Under the pieces are notes generated by a model. The model had not been told where the DNA came from. It did no database searches and saw only the letters and a program-made list of their open reading frames with translations. Shown piece by piece: positions 40,160 through 50,996 of a stretch of 64,000 bases of DNA. This stretch comes from Clostridia bacterium (lineage in GTDB: Bacteria > Bacillota > Clostridia > TANB77 > CAG-508): contig JAEESU010000026.1 in the NCBI GenBank assembly GCA_016290095.1, positions 8,573-72,572 of the forward strand, in the 5' to 3' direction. The translations under genes were made by a program, and so were the position numbers. Numbering within the stretch: position 1 is the stretch's first letter; every line of letters begins with the position of its first letter.

Positions 40160-43100
40160 TTAATTAACTGTTAATCTACTTGGTCCACTTATGGCTTCAA
40201 CATCTGGATTGTAGTAATCATAAAATCTTATCGCTCCTCCTGTAATTTCCTCTGGATATAAAGCTCTATATTTTACATCTATTATGTATGAACTTTCTCT
40301 ATTCATGTTCCTAAAGTATATGTTTATTGAATTATAATTATATTCATATTTTTCTATAAGTCCATCATATTTTAATTTTAATAGAGTATCTTCAATTACT
40401 GATGCCCCTTGTGGAATATTTATTTTTAATAATCCATTTTCTACATTTTTATTTGGTTTAACTATAATTGTTTGTGTTATCTCACCATTTACATTAGTAG
40501 TATTAGTCATTGTGTAATTTAATTCTATATCTTCATTTGATTTGATATTAGAATAATCCATAGCGTATTTTTCCACAACTTCGTATATAATTTTACCTTT
40601 TTTCATTCCTATTTCTAACTTATTTTCTTTTGAAATATTATCAAATTCCACTTCATAAACATCTAAGAACTCGTCTTTAATATCGATACTTGAGTTTTTT
40701 CCATTTAAGTTGATTGTTATAGTTTGTTCTGAAACATCAGAAGTAGCTGAGAATTCATTAATTGCCTTTAATGCAAGTATTGTACTTTGCGTTGTTCCCC
40801 ACGTTCCACCTTGAGACTTTTTAGCAATTATATAATTTATAAATTCTGCATTATTTTTGTTTTCTTTATTTAATTTTGATAAAGCAAGTGAAGTTAATGC
40901 TGTAGTTTGTACATCTTGATAACGTCCATAAGATCCATAGTAATCATAGATTCTAGAACCTATGTATGCTCCGTCATCAACAACTGTAACATTATCCATT
41001 AATATTTTAATAATGTCTGTTGTGCTTTCATTTACATTTGCAAAAACATTTGCAATTAAAGCTAATGTATAATTATCTTCTTTAGAATAGTTTAGATTCT
41101 TTAGATAATTTACTGATTTGCTTAATCTTGAATCATCAGGACATACTGTTGATAATGCCCATGTAATATAAGCATTCATTGCTGTTTTGCTTGTGCTTGA
41201 TGAACCGCCTATATATGTAGATGAATAATCAAATGTACCATCCATATTTTGAACACTAAATAGATAATCAATCATATTGTTTATTACTTTTTCATCAATT
41301 TCATAAACATCTTTTAATTCATTAAATTCCATTAATCCAAAAGCTGTTATAACTGGTTCAGCTGGTGCATCTCCATATAAAGAATATCCACCTTTTTGGC
41401 CTGGGACTTCGTATGTAAGAAGTTTTTGATATCCTTTTGAAATATAATCTAATGCTTTTGTTCTTATTGCTTCATTATCCGAATTGTTTGATTTTAAATA
41501 TTTCAATACTAATATGTCTGGATATAATGATGATGATGTTTGTTCAAAGCATCCTGTTGGAAGACGTAGCATTGCTTCTATATTATCAATAGCTTGAATC
41601 ATAGGTGAAGGGAAAACTCTTACCTTCATCTTTTCTGTTCCAGGAATATAATTTTCATCAAATAATATATCCATTGAATAATTTTCTGTTATTATTCCAC
41701 TTGAAATATTTTTTTCAACTTCTAAGCCATTTATTTTTACAGTAAGATTTTTTTCGACAATATCAGCTCTTCCATTGGCTTTACTTTCAATTCTTAATGT
41801 ATTTATTCCTTCTTTTGTTATTTCAATTGGAATATAAATCATTTGTGTACCTTTAGCTGATACATCAATTGCTCTCTGGTAATTTCCAATAGTACTCCAA
41901 TTATTTTCAACCACATTTAAATCAACTTGTAAGTTTTCTTCTGTATAGTTATAAATTGTAACTGGAATACTCACTTTATCACTAACTACTGAATTAGTTG
42001 GCAATGAAAAGTCTATAAAATAATCTTTAAATACTTTGAATTGCGCATTGGCATATCCAATATTTCCATCTTTCGTATTTCCAACTGTTTGAATACTCCA
42101 TGTTGTTATATTATCACTAATTGGTACATTTAAGTCAGCTGTGCCATTTGAAGTAATTAGTTCAGGTATAAATGCCATACTTTCTAAGAAAATATTTCTA
42201 ACTTTTGTAGCTTTTTCTGAGAATCCTGTTTCTGAATTCTCTCTAAAACCATTTTCATCTGAATAATTTATATCTTCATTTTTTGAACTATTTACCGTAC
42301 TTGAAAAACTTTTAAATCCAAATATTGATTGATCGCCTGATGCTGTTCCTGTTGTATCTGAAGCTGATGTATCAGCGGGCATAACTGTTCCCATACTGTT
42401 TTTCATTTGAGACATCACATCTCCATAATCAGAACGTGGCATTACCATTTCTTCATCAACAGACATACTTGATAAGCTATCAGTAATAGTTGACTGAGCA
42501 CTATTATAAATATATAAACCAACCATAACAATTAATATTAAACCAATTAGCATTCCTATTATTTCTAGTGTTGTAACATTTATAACAATCTTATTGTCTT
42601 TTAAAAATTCATCTGGTTTCTTTTTCTTTTCTATCATTTTATTCAAGAAAATAAATAATGTTAAACATATAATTAGTGAAATTGCTTCACTATCTATAAT
42701 CTCTTCTGATAATATATAAAACAAAAATGCAAACGCACCAAATTTAATCATCATAATTAATAAGTAATCTAATATGATTAAAAATCTGCTCTTTAATTTT
42801 CCTTTTCTTTTCATTGCTGTTATTATTGTGAATAGCATTAATAGTGCTAATATTAATACATATATAACTATAGGATATGAATATTTGAAAATTGAATAAA
42901 TAATAGCACCTATTGGAAATATTATAAGTGGTATAAATATTTGATATATAGTCTTAAATATATCATCTCTAAATTTATATAAAACTAAAACATATAACAC
43001 AATTGATACTACAAGTACTGATAATAATATCAAAATAGAGTTATAGTCAAGTGCCCTGTAAATATCATAATATAAGTCTGTCATTTCAAATAATATAAGT

Positions 43101-45223
43101 ATCAAAATAAATATTCCTAAAACATTTATTACAGGTACTACAGAGTTTAAAACAAATTTTCTAAATTTTTCGAATTTATTAATACATAATATAAATATTA
43201 TTATTGCTGATACTAGTAGATATATTATCGCTTTAAACATTTCTATTTCGCTATCATAATTGTAAAAGCTTCTATTCACTATATTAGGATCTTTTCTGCT
43301 TTGTCTTAACAAAACGCTCATTAATAAAGTCTCTGATTCTTTTCCAATAACACTTGCATAAAGATCTGCAGCAGTTATTCCATCAGATAATTCTATATCT
43401 TCCAAAGCAATTTTTATATTGTCTATTGATAAATCATTATCTTGTAAACTTAAAATTGCTTCATCTAAAATACTAACTAAAAGTGCTGATTCAACAGATT
43501 GATTAGACTCATTTGTTGTTGTAAACTTAGCCTTTAATGTATCACCTGGTTCATACTCATCTTTTTCAAGATTAACTTCTATATTTAGAGCTTGATCAGG
43601 TTTTATAAATATTGTCTTTTTACTATAATTTGATCTACTGTAAGAATCATAATAATCATCATATTCATAATTATAATCATAATATGAATAACTATAATAG
43701 TTATTATTTTTTGATTTTGGTACATAAATATCTATTATACCTGTAAGTCCGTCTAAATTTACTTTTGTTTTATTTCCGTCAAATGTTACTGTTTTAATTA
43801 ATTCTCTGCCTTTGTATATGAAAGCTGAACTATTGTTATCATCTATTTTCGAAACTAACTCAATTTCAATATCTTCACCTTTTTCATATTTTACTTTATC
43901 TGTTTTTATTAAATTAATATCATTTATGCATTTAAAACTTTTACTTTTTCTAACAGTTTGTTCATTCATATCTTTTGCGTAAACTGTTATGTCAACAGAA
44001 GAATATGAAGATAATTGTGATATTTCTGAGCTTGTAAAAGTCACTTTACCAATTCCATTTTCATCAGAAATTAATTGTTTTGTTAAATTTCCAATTGAAA
44101 CTTGTGAATATGTTTTTACAGGATTTCCACTTGCTGTTTTAGTAAACACGTAAACATCGTTACTTACTTTATCAGCTATATCCCCATATTCTGGCAATAT
44201 CTCTATTTCAAATACATCTGTACCACATGAAATAGTTTTCTCTGCTTCGATCATATAATTTGAAGAATCTGTTACAGTAAAATTTGTATAAAAAGTTCCG
44301 GCCTTATCCATTTTGTATTTATATACAAAATTTCCATTTACATCTGTAAATCCCTTTACTTCTTCATTATTTATTGTTCCAGTTACAGTTGCTCTAGCAA
44401 CTGGCTCTCCAAAAAAATATTTACATGCGACTGTAATTTCGGCTTCATCATTAACCAAATAATCATCTTTATCTGTTAATATTGAGACTTCATATTTTGG
44501 AGTAATATATGGGTTTACATTAAATACTTTACTTACTTCTTGTCCATTAATATCTACACATATTTTATATGCTCCACTATTTACTTCATCAGCAAGTTTA
44601 AAACTTCCAGACAAGATTCCAAAATCTGATGTTTTTACTTTTTCTAAATATACTTTATTATCATTTCCATCATATATATATACAGAAACATCTGAACTTA
44701 TTGGTTTGCTATCTCTTTTGGAAATTATTAATGCTCTATAATTTATCTCATCACCTGGCTTGTATATTCCTTTATCTAAAGAAATAATTACATCATTTTG
44801 AATAGAAGGATTTATTGTAATTGGGTAATCAGCTTCACTACTATATAATCCTTTTCCTGCTTTAATTCGTAAATTATAATTTCCCTTTTCTAAATCTTCA
44901 GGAAGTTCTATTGATACTTCTTCTTGATTGTTTCCATCTGCTTTACAAGAATACTTTACATTTTTGACTTTTTTGTCATCTGAATCAAAAAGTTCAAATT
45001 TGTAATTAATATTTTTACTAGATTTATAATCATCACTTTCTAAGCTTACTAACATTTCGATGTTAGAACCAGCATAAAAAGTATCTGATGATTTAACTTT
45101 AATTCTATATTTGTTAGTAAAAATATAAGAAAATAAATTCTTAAATCCCATAAATACGCAAAAAACTAAGATAATAATAGCTAAGATAGTTAAAATTTTT
45201 TTCTTTTTCATATAATCCTCCAA
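40160..45223 (-). CDS. Alpha-2-macroglobulin family protein with N-terminal MG domains, a roughly ten-helix membrane insert, a Met/Ser/Asp-rich linker and a C-terminal thioester-domain region
   Basis: It is 1687 aa long. It has MG-like repeats (DKGIYKPGDEINYRALI), an internal polytopic hydrophobic block at about aa 650-900, the A2M motif RNIFLESMAFIPEL...ISDNITTWSIQTVG, and the thioester-type site PTGCFEQTSSSLYP. Confidence 0.75.
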   Translation of the reverse strand: MEDYMKKKKILTILAIIILVFCVFMGFKNLFSYIFTNKYRIKVKSSDTFYAGSNIEMLVSLESDDYKSSKNINYKFELFDSDDKKVKNVKYSCKADGNNQEEVSIELPEDLEKGNYNLRIKAGKGLYSSEADYPITINPSIQNDVIISLDKGIYKPGDEINYRALIISKRDSKPISSDVSVYIYDGNDNKVYLEKVKTSDFGILSGSFKLADEVNSGAYKICVDINGQEVSKVFNVNPYITPKYEVSILTDKDDYLVNDEAEITVACKYFFGEPVARATVTGTINNEEVKGFTDVNGNFVYKYKMDKAGTFYTNFTVTDSSNYMIEAEKTISCGTDVFEIEILPEYGDIADKVSNDVYVFTKTASGNPVKTYSQVSIGNLTKQLISDENGIGKVTFTSSEISQLSSYSSVDITVYAKDMNEQTVRKSKSFKCINDINLIKTDKVKYEKGEDIEIELVSKIDDNNSSAFIYKGRELIKTVTFDGNKTKVNLDGLTGIIDIYVPKSKNNNYYSYSYYDYNYEYDDYYDSYSRSNYSKKTIFIKPDQALNIEVNLEKDEYEPGDTLKAKFTTTNESNQSVESALLVSILDEAILSLQDNDLSIDNIKIALEDIELSDGITAADLYASVIGKESETLLMSVLLRQSRKDPNIVNRSFYNYDSEIEMFKAIIYLLVSAIIIFILCINKFEKFRKFVLNSVVPVINVLGIFILILILFEMTDLYYDIYRALDYNSILILLSVLVVSIVLYVLVLYKFRDDIFKTIYQIFIPLIIFPIGAIIYSIFKYSYPIVIYVLILALLMLFTIITAMKRKGKLKSRFLIILDYLLIMMIKFGAFAFLFYILSEEIIDSEAISLIICLTLFIFLNKMIEKKKKPDEFLKDNKIVINVTTLEIIGMLIGLILIVMVGLYIYNSAQSTITDSLSSMSVDEEMVMPRSDYGDVMSQMKNSMGTVMPADTSASDTTGTASGDQSIFGFKSFSSTVNSSKNEDINYSDENGFRENSETGFSEKATKVRNIFLESMAFIPELITSNGTADLNVPISDNITTWSIQTVGNTKDGNIGYANAQFKVFKDYFIDFSLPTNSVVSDKVSIPVTIYNYTEENLQVDLNVVENNWSTIGNYQRAIDVSAKGTQMIYIPIEITKEGINTLRIESKANGRADIVEKNLTVKINGLEVEKNISSGIITENYSMDILFDENYIPGTEKMKVRVFPSPMIQAIDNIEAMLRLPTGCFEQTSSSLYPDILVLKYLKSNNSDNEAIRTKALDYISKGYQKLLTYEVPGQKGGYSLYGDAPAEPVITAFGLMEFNELKDVYEIDEKVINNMIDYLFSVQNMDGTFDYSSTYIGGSSSTSKTAMNAYITWALSTVCPDDSRLSKSVNYLKNLNYSKEDNYTLALIANVFANVNESTTDIIKILMDNVTVVDDGAYIGSRIYDYYGSYGRYQDVQTTALTSLALSKLNKENKNNAEFINYIIAKKSQGGTWGTTQSTILALKAINEFSATSDVSEQTITINLNGKNSSIDIKDEFLDVYEVEFDNISKENKLEIGMKKGKIIYEVVEKYAMDYSNIKSNEDIELNYTMTNTTNVNGEITQTIIVKPNKNVENGLLKINIPQGASVIEDTLLKLKYDGLIEKYEYNYNSINIYFRNMNRESSYIIDVKYRALYPEEITGGAIRFYDYYNPDVEAISGPSRLTVN

Positions 45224-45242
45224 ATTAATTAATATAAGGCAA

Positions 45243-45272
45243 AAAAACTCAGCAGAAATATCTACTGAGCGT
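45243..45272 (-). terminator. Intrinsic terminator after the 85-aa ORF
   Basis: A CTCAGTAG-atattt-CTGCTGAG hairpin is followed by T7 on the minus strand. Confidence 0.5.
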
Positions 45273-45289
45273 ATTAAATTTATAATAAA

Positions 45290-45547
45290 TTATTTATTTT
45301 TCTTTGCAAATAAATTGATATCTTTAAAGAAAAAGTCATGTAATTCTGGAAATTCAATCTCTTGGAACCAAAAATCATGAACTTCTCTTAAAACTTTTGC
45401 TTGTTTTTCGGTTAGTTCTATTACAATTGGTCTATCTAAATCTATCTCTTTTAATAAGAAATGTTTAACTTTACTCCACATTCCAACTAAAACAGGTAAA
45501 TTTCCTGCTGATGTACTATCTACTTCTTTTAAGTTATATTCTTTCAT
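45290..45547 (-). CDS. Small hypothetical protein, 85 aa
   Basis: It is an ORF with its own terminator and no recognisable motifs. Confidence 0.35.
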   Translation of the reverse strand: MKEYNLKEVDSTSAGNLPVLVGMWSKVKHFLLKEIDLDRPIVIELTEKQAKVLREVHDFWFQEIEFPELHDFFFKDINLFAKKNK

Positions 45548-45646
45548 AATTAAGCTTTCCTCCTTAGTATAAATACTATATTACTTATTTTATACTACAA
45601 AAAGCCTAATTTATCAATATTTTAAAGTTTAAGTTTATATTAAGTT

Positions 45647-46951
45647 TTAATTACTATTTTGTAACATAGTACCAATTAGTGAAAGATTTTCCTGTTTTTC
45701 TACTATAACTGTTTTTATCATATTCTCAACATTTTGAGTGCTTCTACATTTTACTTGGATATAGTTTTGAGTATGTCCTTGATAATACTCATCTGTTTTT
45801 TCTTCGAAAAGCACTTCTACTTTTTTTCCAATAAGGCTTTCTAGATACTTTATTTCATTAGTGTCAGAAAGTTCTAGCAATATATTGCTTCTTTGTTCTT
45901 TTACTTCACCTGAAACTTGGTTAGGCATTAATTCTGCTTTTGTCCCTTTTCTTTGTGAATATTTAAAAATATGCATTTTGTAAAATTTTATTTTCTTTAA
46001 GAATTCATATGTTTGTTTAAATTCTTCTTCTGTCTCTCCTGGAAATCCAACTATAATATCTGTTGTCAAAATAACATCAGGATATACTTTTCTTAATTTT
46101 TCTACAATTTGTTCAAATTCATCAACTGAATATCTTCTATTCATTCTTTCCAATGTTTGCTCACATCCACTCTGTAGTGATAAATGAAAATGATGACAAA
46201 TTTTTTCTAGTTTTTGCAATCTTTCTAGAAACTCATCTGTAATAAGTAATGGCTCAATAGACCCCAATCTAATTCTTTCTATTCCATCTATTTTGTTAAT
46301 CTCTTCCAATAAATCAATTAAAGCATACCCATTTGTAAAATCTTTTCCATATGATGCAACATGAATTCCTGTAATAACAACTTCTTTTATTCCTTTTTTA
46401 GAAATTTCTTTTATTTCCTTTATAACACTTTCTGGTTTTCTACTTCTTACTCTGCCTCTTGCATATGGAATAATGCAATATGTACAAAATCTATCACATC
46501 CATCTTGAACTTTAATAACAGCTCTTGTTTTTTCTGTGTATGTAACTGTACCAAAATCTCCATATTCACGATTTTGCATTACATCATCAATTTCAATTTC
46601 TTCTCCATGAGACATGTTTGCTTCTATTATTTCTACTATATTTACTTTTTCATTAGTTCCTATTACTAAATCTATTTCAGGGATTTGCTCTACCTCATCT
46701 TTAGCAACCTGCACATAGCAACCACATGCAACTACCAATGCATTTTTATTTTTTTTCTTAGCTTGTCTCAACATTTGCCTTGATTTTCTATCTGACATAT
46801 TAGTTACTGTGCAAGTATTAATTACATATATATCTGCTATATCATCAAAATCAACTAGTTCATATCCATTCTTTAAGAATTCCTGAATCATCCCATTTGT
46901 TTCATATTGATTTACTTTACATCCCAAAGTGTAAAAAGCAACTTTCTTCAT
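45647..46951 (-). CDS. Radical-SAM tRNA methylthiotransferase (MiaB-like, MtaB type)
   Basis: It has the N-terminal MTTase Cys triad (C11 of TLGCKVN, C47 of INTCTV, C76 of ACGCY), the radical-SAM CDRFCTYC motif, a C-terminal TRAM-like domain, and is 434 aa long. Confidence 0.8.
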   Translation of the reverse strand: MKKVAFYTLGCKVNQYETNGMIQEFLKNGYELVDFDDIADIYVINTCTVTNMSDRKSRQMLRQAKKKNKNALVVACGCYVQVAKDEVEQIPEIDLVIGTNEKVNIVEIIEANMSHGEEIEIDDVMQNREYGDFGTVTYTEKTRAVIKVQDGCDRFCTYCIIPYARGRVRSRKPESVIKEIKEISKKGIKEVVITGIHVASYGKDFTNGYALIDLLEEINKIDGIERIRLGSIEPLLITDEFLERLQKLEKICHHFHLSLQSGCEQTLERMNRRYSVDEFEQIVEKLRKVYPDVILTTDIIVGFPGETEEEFKQTYEFLKKIKFYKMHIFKYSQRKGTKAELMPNQVSGEVKEQRSNILLELSDTNEIKYLESLIGKKVEVLFEEKTDEYYQGHTQNYIQVKCRSTQNVENMIKTVIVEKQENLSLIGTMLQNSN

Positions 46952-47036
46952 TTCTACCTCTATTTTAATCTTAATATTATAAAATACTCACACTACATAT
47001 AATGTGAGTATTTTACAATTGTATGTTTGGATTTTA

Positions 47037-48032
47037 TTATTTTCTCATTCTATCTATATTATCTAAATTATCTAATGCTTTTCCTGTTCCTTTGGCAACA
47101 CATGAAATTGCATCCTCTGCAATCATAACATTTATTCCTAATTTATCTTGTAATAATCTATCAAATCCATCTAGTAAACATCCTCCACCTGTCATATAAA
47201 TTCCTTTGTCAGAAATATCTGCAGCAAGCTCTGGAGGTGTTTTTTCTAAAACCGCATGAACAGCATCTACTATTAGCATTGCTGGCTCTTCTAAAGCTTC
47301 TACCATCTCACTTGAATACATAGTAATAGTTCTTGGAAGTCCTGTTATAAGATCTCTTCCTCTTACATCCATTTCCATATCTTGAATTTTAGGATATACA
47401 CATCCAATTTGTTGTTTTAATTCTTCTGCTGTTCTTTCACCAATCATTACATTGTGGCGTTTTTTAATATATTTAACAATGAATTCATCAAATTTATCAC
47501 CAGCAACTTTAATTGAAGAGCTAACAACTGACCCTCCCAATGAAATAACTGCAATATCTGTTGTTCCTCCACCGATATCTACTATCATATTTCCACATGG
47601 TTTTGAAATATCTATTCCAGCTCCAATTGCAGCCGCAATTGGTTCCTCTATTAAATAAACTCTTCTAGCTCCGGCATTAGAAGCAGCATCAATAACAGCT
47701 TTTTTCTCAACTTCTGTTACTTGTGAAGGAATACAAATCATAATTCTAGGAGCAAAGAAAAACCTACCACATATTTTATTTATAAAATACTTTAGCATTT
47801 TTTCTGTAACAGTATAATCTGATATTACTCCATCTCTCAAAGGTCTTGTAGCAACAATATTTCCTGGCGTTCTTCCAAGCATTCTTCTAGCTTCATGTCC
47901 AACAGCTAGAACTTCACCTGTAACATTATTTACTGCAACAACTGATGGTTCTCTTAGAACAATTCCTTTGCCCTTAACATATGCAATTACTGTAGCTGTT
48001 CCTAAATCGATTCCAATGTCTTGTCCGAACAT
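47037..48032 (-). CDS. mreB: Rod shape-determining protein MreB/Mbl
   Basis: The protein begins IGIDLGTATVIAYV, contains DIGGGTTDIAV, and is 331 aa long. Confidence 0.9.
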   Translation of the reverse strand: MFGQDIGIDLGTATVIAYVKGKGIVLREPSVVAVNNVTGEVLAVGHEARRMLGRTPGNIVATRPLRDGVISDYTVTEKMLKYFINKICGRFFFAPRIMICIPSQVTEVEKKAVIDAASNAGARRVYLIEEPIAAAIGAGIDISKPCGNMIVDIGGGTTDIAVISLGGSVVSSSIKVAGDKFDEFIVKYIKKRHNVMIGERTAEELKQQIGCVYPKIQDMEMDVRGRDLITGLPRTITMYSSEMVEALEEPAMLIVDAVHAVLEKTPPELAADISDKGIYMTGGGCLLDGFDRLLQDKLGINVMIAEDAISCVAKGTGKALDNLDNIDRMRK

Positions 48033-48143
48033 TAATCATTCTCTCCTTTGAAATAAACTAAGTTAATATATTACATTCACATTACAATTATATTACATCC
48101 ACTTCTAAATATCAACCCCTTTTAAAATTAATTTATTAAATAT

Positions 48144-48172
48144 TTGTATTAGTAAAAACTCTGTGATATAAT
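48144..48172 (+). promoter_or_regulatory. Sigma-A-type promoter for the GT2 gene
   Basis: It has a -35 TTGTAT at 48144-48149, a 17-bp spacer, and an extended -10 TGaTATAAT at 48164-48172. Confidence 0.45.
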
Positions 48173-48213
48173 GACTATGTTAAAATTTATTTGAATTATT
48201 GTAGGAGTAAAAT

Positions 48214-49146
48214 ATGGAAAAAATATCTGTAATAGTTCCTTGTTATAATGAGGAAAAAGCACTACCTTTATTTTATGAAGAATTAAGCAAAAATATTAAA
48301 AATTTTCCAAGCGAAGTAGAATTCGAAATTCTTTTTGTTGATGATGGTTCAAAAGATAAAACTTTAAAATTAATTAAAGATTTACAAGAAAAGAATCATA
48401 ATATAAAATACATTTCATTTTCAAGAAATTTTGGTAAAGAAGCTGCTATTTTTGCTGGATTAGAAAATGCCAGTGGTGATTATGTAACATTAATGGATGC
48501 TGATCTTCAAGATCCACCTTCTCTTCTTTTAAAAATGTATGAAACTGTTACTCAAGAAAATTATGATGCTGTTGGCACTAGAAGAGTTGATAGGACTGGT
48601 GAACCTGTAATTAGAAGTTTCTTTGCAAGAATGTTTTATAAATTGATAAACAAAATGACAAGTTTTGAAATGGTTGATGGAGCAAGAGATTATGTTTTCA
48701 TGAAAAGAGTTGTTGTAGATAGCATTATTTCTTTAAAAGAATATAATCGTTATTCAAAAGGTTTGTTTAGTTTTGTAGGCTTCAAAGTAAGATGGTTAGA
48801 ATACAAAAATATTCAAAGAGTTGCTGGTGAAACAAAATGGTCATTCTTTAAGCTTACAAAATATGCTTTAGAGGGAATTACAGCTTTTTCAACAACACCT
48901 CTTATAGTTTCTTCAATAATTGGATTACTATTTTGCGTAGTTTCATTTTTATTAATCTTATTAATTATATTTAAAACATTAATTCTAGGGGATCCAACAA
49001 GTGGTTGGCCATCTCTTGTTTGTATAATATTTATGGTAAGTGGAATTCAATTATTCTCATTAGGAATTATTGGCCAATACTTATCAAAAACATATTTGGA
49101 AGTTAAGCAAAGACCAATTTACATAGTAAGAGAAAAAAATTTTTAA
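48214..49146 (+). CDS. GT2-family polyprenyl-phosphate glycosyltransferase (GtrB/CsbB-like) with C-terminal TM helices
   Basis: The protein begins ISVIVPCYNEE, contains VDDGSKD and DADLQDPP, and has two C-terminal TM helices. Confidence 0.85.
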   Translation: MEKISVIVPCYNEEKALPLFYEELSKNIKNFPSEVEFEILFVDDGSKDKTLKLIKDLQEKNHNIKYISFSRNFGKEAAIFAGLENASGDYVTLMDADLQDPPSLLLKMYETVTQENYDAVGTRRVDRTGEPVIRSFFARMFYKLINKMTSFEMVDGARDYVFMKRVVVDSIISLKEYNRYSKGLFSFVGFKVRWLEYKNIQRVAGETKWSFFKLTKYALEGITAFSTTPLIVSSIIGLLFCVVSFLLILLIIFKTLILGDPTSGWPSLVCIIFMVSGIQLFSLGIIGQYLSKTYLEVKQRPIYIVREKNF

Positions 49147-49207
49147 AATCACATAGTTGATTTATTATTTTTTGTTGAAAGACCATGAGTTCAGAAATTA
49201 TTAAAAT

Positions 49208-49258
49208 AAAAGTGAGAGATGTTCAGCTATGCTGAAAGAGGCTCACTTTTATTTTTTA
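49208..49258. terminator. Intrinsic terminator between convergent genes
   Basis: An AGTGAGAG...CTCACT nested hairpin is followed by TTTTATTTTTT. Confidence 0.55.
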
Positions 49259-49316
49259 TAAGCTCTACGAAATTTTCTTAATCATAAAGTAATATAAAAA
49301 TTTAATAAATCAACTT

Positions 49317-49721
49317 TCACAATATGTTTTTAAGAATCAATTCATCTTTCTGCTTAAAATGATTCAACCAATAAATAAATTCTTTTCCATTTATTAATGC
49401 CTGATTAAATTCTTGATTATTAGCATTTTCTTCAAGCATAATTAAACTACTTGTAACTTTCTCAAGTTCATCATGCTCAATATAATAAGATAAAATCTTT
49501 TCTTTTTCAAACCAGTCATTTTTTAGTTTCTCAATATTATTTTCATTTTCTCTTCTATATAATTTTTCTATTACTTCTTCAGCATCAGCAAAAATTAAAT
49601 CAACTATTTTATTTGTATAATTTACAGTAATAATTTCTAAAGCAACAATTAGAATAATTATAACACCAACTAATCCTATTTCTTTTTTTATTCCCATCTG
49701 TTTCCTTCCTTTTTCTGGCAA
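49317..49721 (-). CDS. DUF4363-like small membrane-anchored protein
   Basis: It has an N-terminal TM. It is paired with the upstream DUF421 gene, overlapping it by 34 nt, as is typical for YetF-type loci. Confidence 0.45.
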   Translation of the reverse strand: MPEKGRKQMGIKKEIGLVGVIIILIVALEIITVNYTNKIVDLIFADAEEVIEKLYRRENENNIEKLKNDWFEKEKILSYYIEHDELEKVTSSLIMLEENANNQEFNQALINGKEFIYWLNHFKQKDELILKNIL

Positions 49722-50371
49722 AAAATAGACCCATCACCATTAAGCACAACAACCAAAGCTTCTTCGGGCTTCATATTGAATTTTCCCACTTCTCTTTCTA
49801 ACCAACTATAATCCTTATTCAATTTTTCTAAATTCTCTAACATCACTTTACCATCAATAACCAAGTCATATGCAATTCCTTCATATGCTACATCTATATT
49901 AAAATCTTTCGGACATAAAGCTCTTTTTTCTGGCTTTAAAACTACACTTATTTGTCCGCTTGTCTCTAATATTGCAAATTCAACATCTCCAATATTACTT
50001 ATGTTATTAACTCTTAATCTTTCTTGCAATTCATTTATTGTAAAATTCTCATCAACCATTGCTTTTTCATCTATCTTGCCTCTATAAATCAAAATTTTCG
50101 GTTTACCACATATTATTTCTCTAATTTTTATGCTTTTTAAATTTAATATTGAAATAATAATATGCAACATTAACAAGCTTAAAATCGGTATAATTCCATA
50201 AAGAAGTGGTGTACCGATATCACCCATCGGAGTTGAAGCTAAGTCCGCGATCATAATTGCAATTACCAATTCAAATGGTTGCATTTGGCCAATTTCTCTT
50301 TTCCCCATAAATCTTATAACAAATAATACCAACACATATAAAATAATTGTCCTGACAAAAATTAAAAACAT
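49688..50371 (-). CDS. DUF421 (YetF family) membrane protein
   Basis: It has three N-terminal TM helices followed by a conserved soluble domain (ELQERLR...GDVEFAILETSGQISV). Confidence 0.6.
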   Translation of the reverse strand: MFLIFVRTIILYVLVLFVIRFMGKREIGQMQPFELVIAIMIADLASTPMGDIGTPLLYGIIPILSLLMLHIIISILNLKSIKIREIICGKPKILIYRGKIDEKAMVDENFTINELQERLRVNNISNIGDVEFAILETSGQISVVLKPEKRALCPKDFNIDVAYEGIAYDLVIDGKVMLENLEKLNKDYSWLEREVGKFNMKPEEALVVVLNGDGSIFCQKKEGNRWE

Positions 50372-50491
50372 GTTTTCCTCAAATTACAAATTTTATATGA
50401 ATATTTTTCGCAAAAAAAATCAAAATATACTTATATTTGTTTAATTTTTTAATTATCAAATATACTTTTCTAATTAAGGAGGTTTGTCAAA

Positions 50492-50869
50492 ATGAATAAC
50501 AATAATTCAAGTGCTGAATCAAATAGTTCAATGAATACTGTTGGACAATTAATTGGAAGATTTGTTGTTGCTGCTATTATTTTAGGAATAACAGCCTTCT
50601 TTACACCTGGTTTTTCTATTAATAATATTTGGACATTAGCAATATCCGCTCTTGTTCTAACAGTTATGGATTATTTAATAGTAAAATTTACTGGTCTACA
50701 CGCTATGGCTTTCGGTAAAGGTTTCGTTGGATTTGTACTTGCAGTTGTAATATTATATGCCACTCAATTTTTTGTTGCTGGATATACAATATCTTGGATG
50801 GCAGCAATTATTGGAGCATTAATATATGGTATAATTGATTACATTATGCCTGGCGAACAAAGAATGTAG
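50492..50869 (+). CDS. DUF360 / phage-holin-4_2 (YvlD-like) four-TM membrane protein
   Basis: It has two internal repeats, each with a (P/A)G(F/Y)xI..(I/W)W motif followed by a TM helix. Confidence 0.5.
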   Translation: MNNNNSSAESNSSMNTVGQLIGRFVVAAIILGITAFFTPGFSINNIWTLAISALVLTVMDYLIVKFTGLHAMAFGKGFVGFVLAVVILYATQFFVAGYTISWMAAIIGALIYGIIDYIMPGEQRM

Positions 50870-50996
50870 TAAAAAGCGATGTGTTAAGCATTATTTAAAT
50901 AATTTTTAACATATCGCTAAATTTTTTTAATTTTTTTAAAATTTTTTGTCACATTTTGCTACTCTGAATTGTTTTACTTATGAGAGGAGTAAAAAT

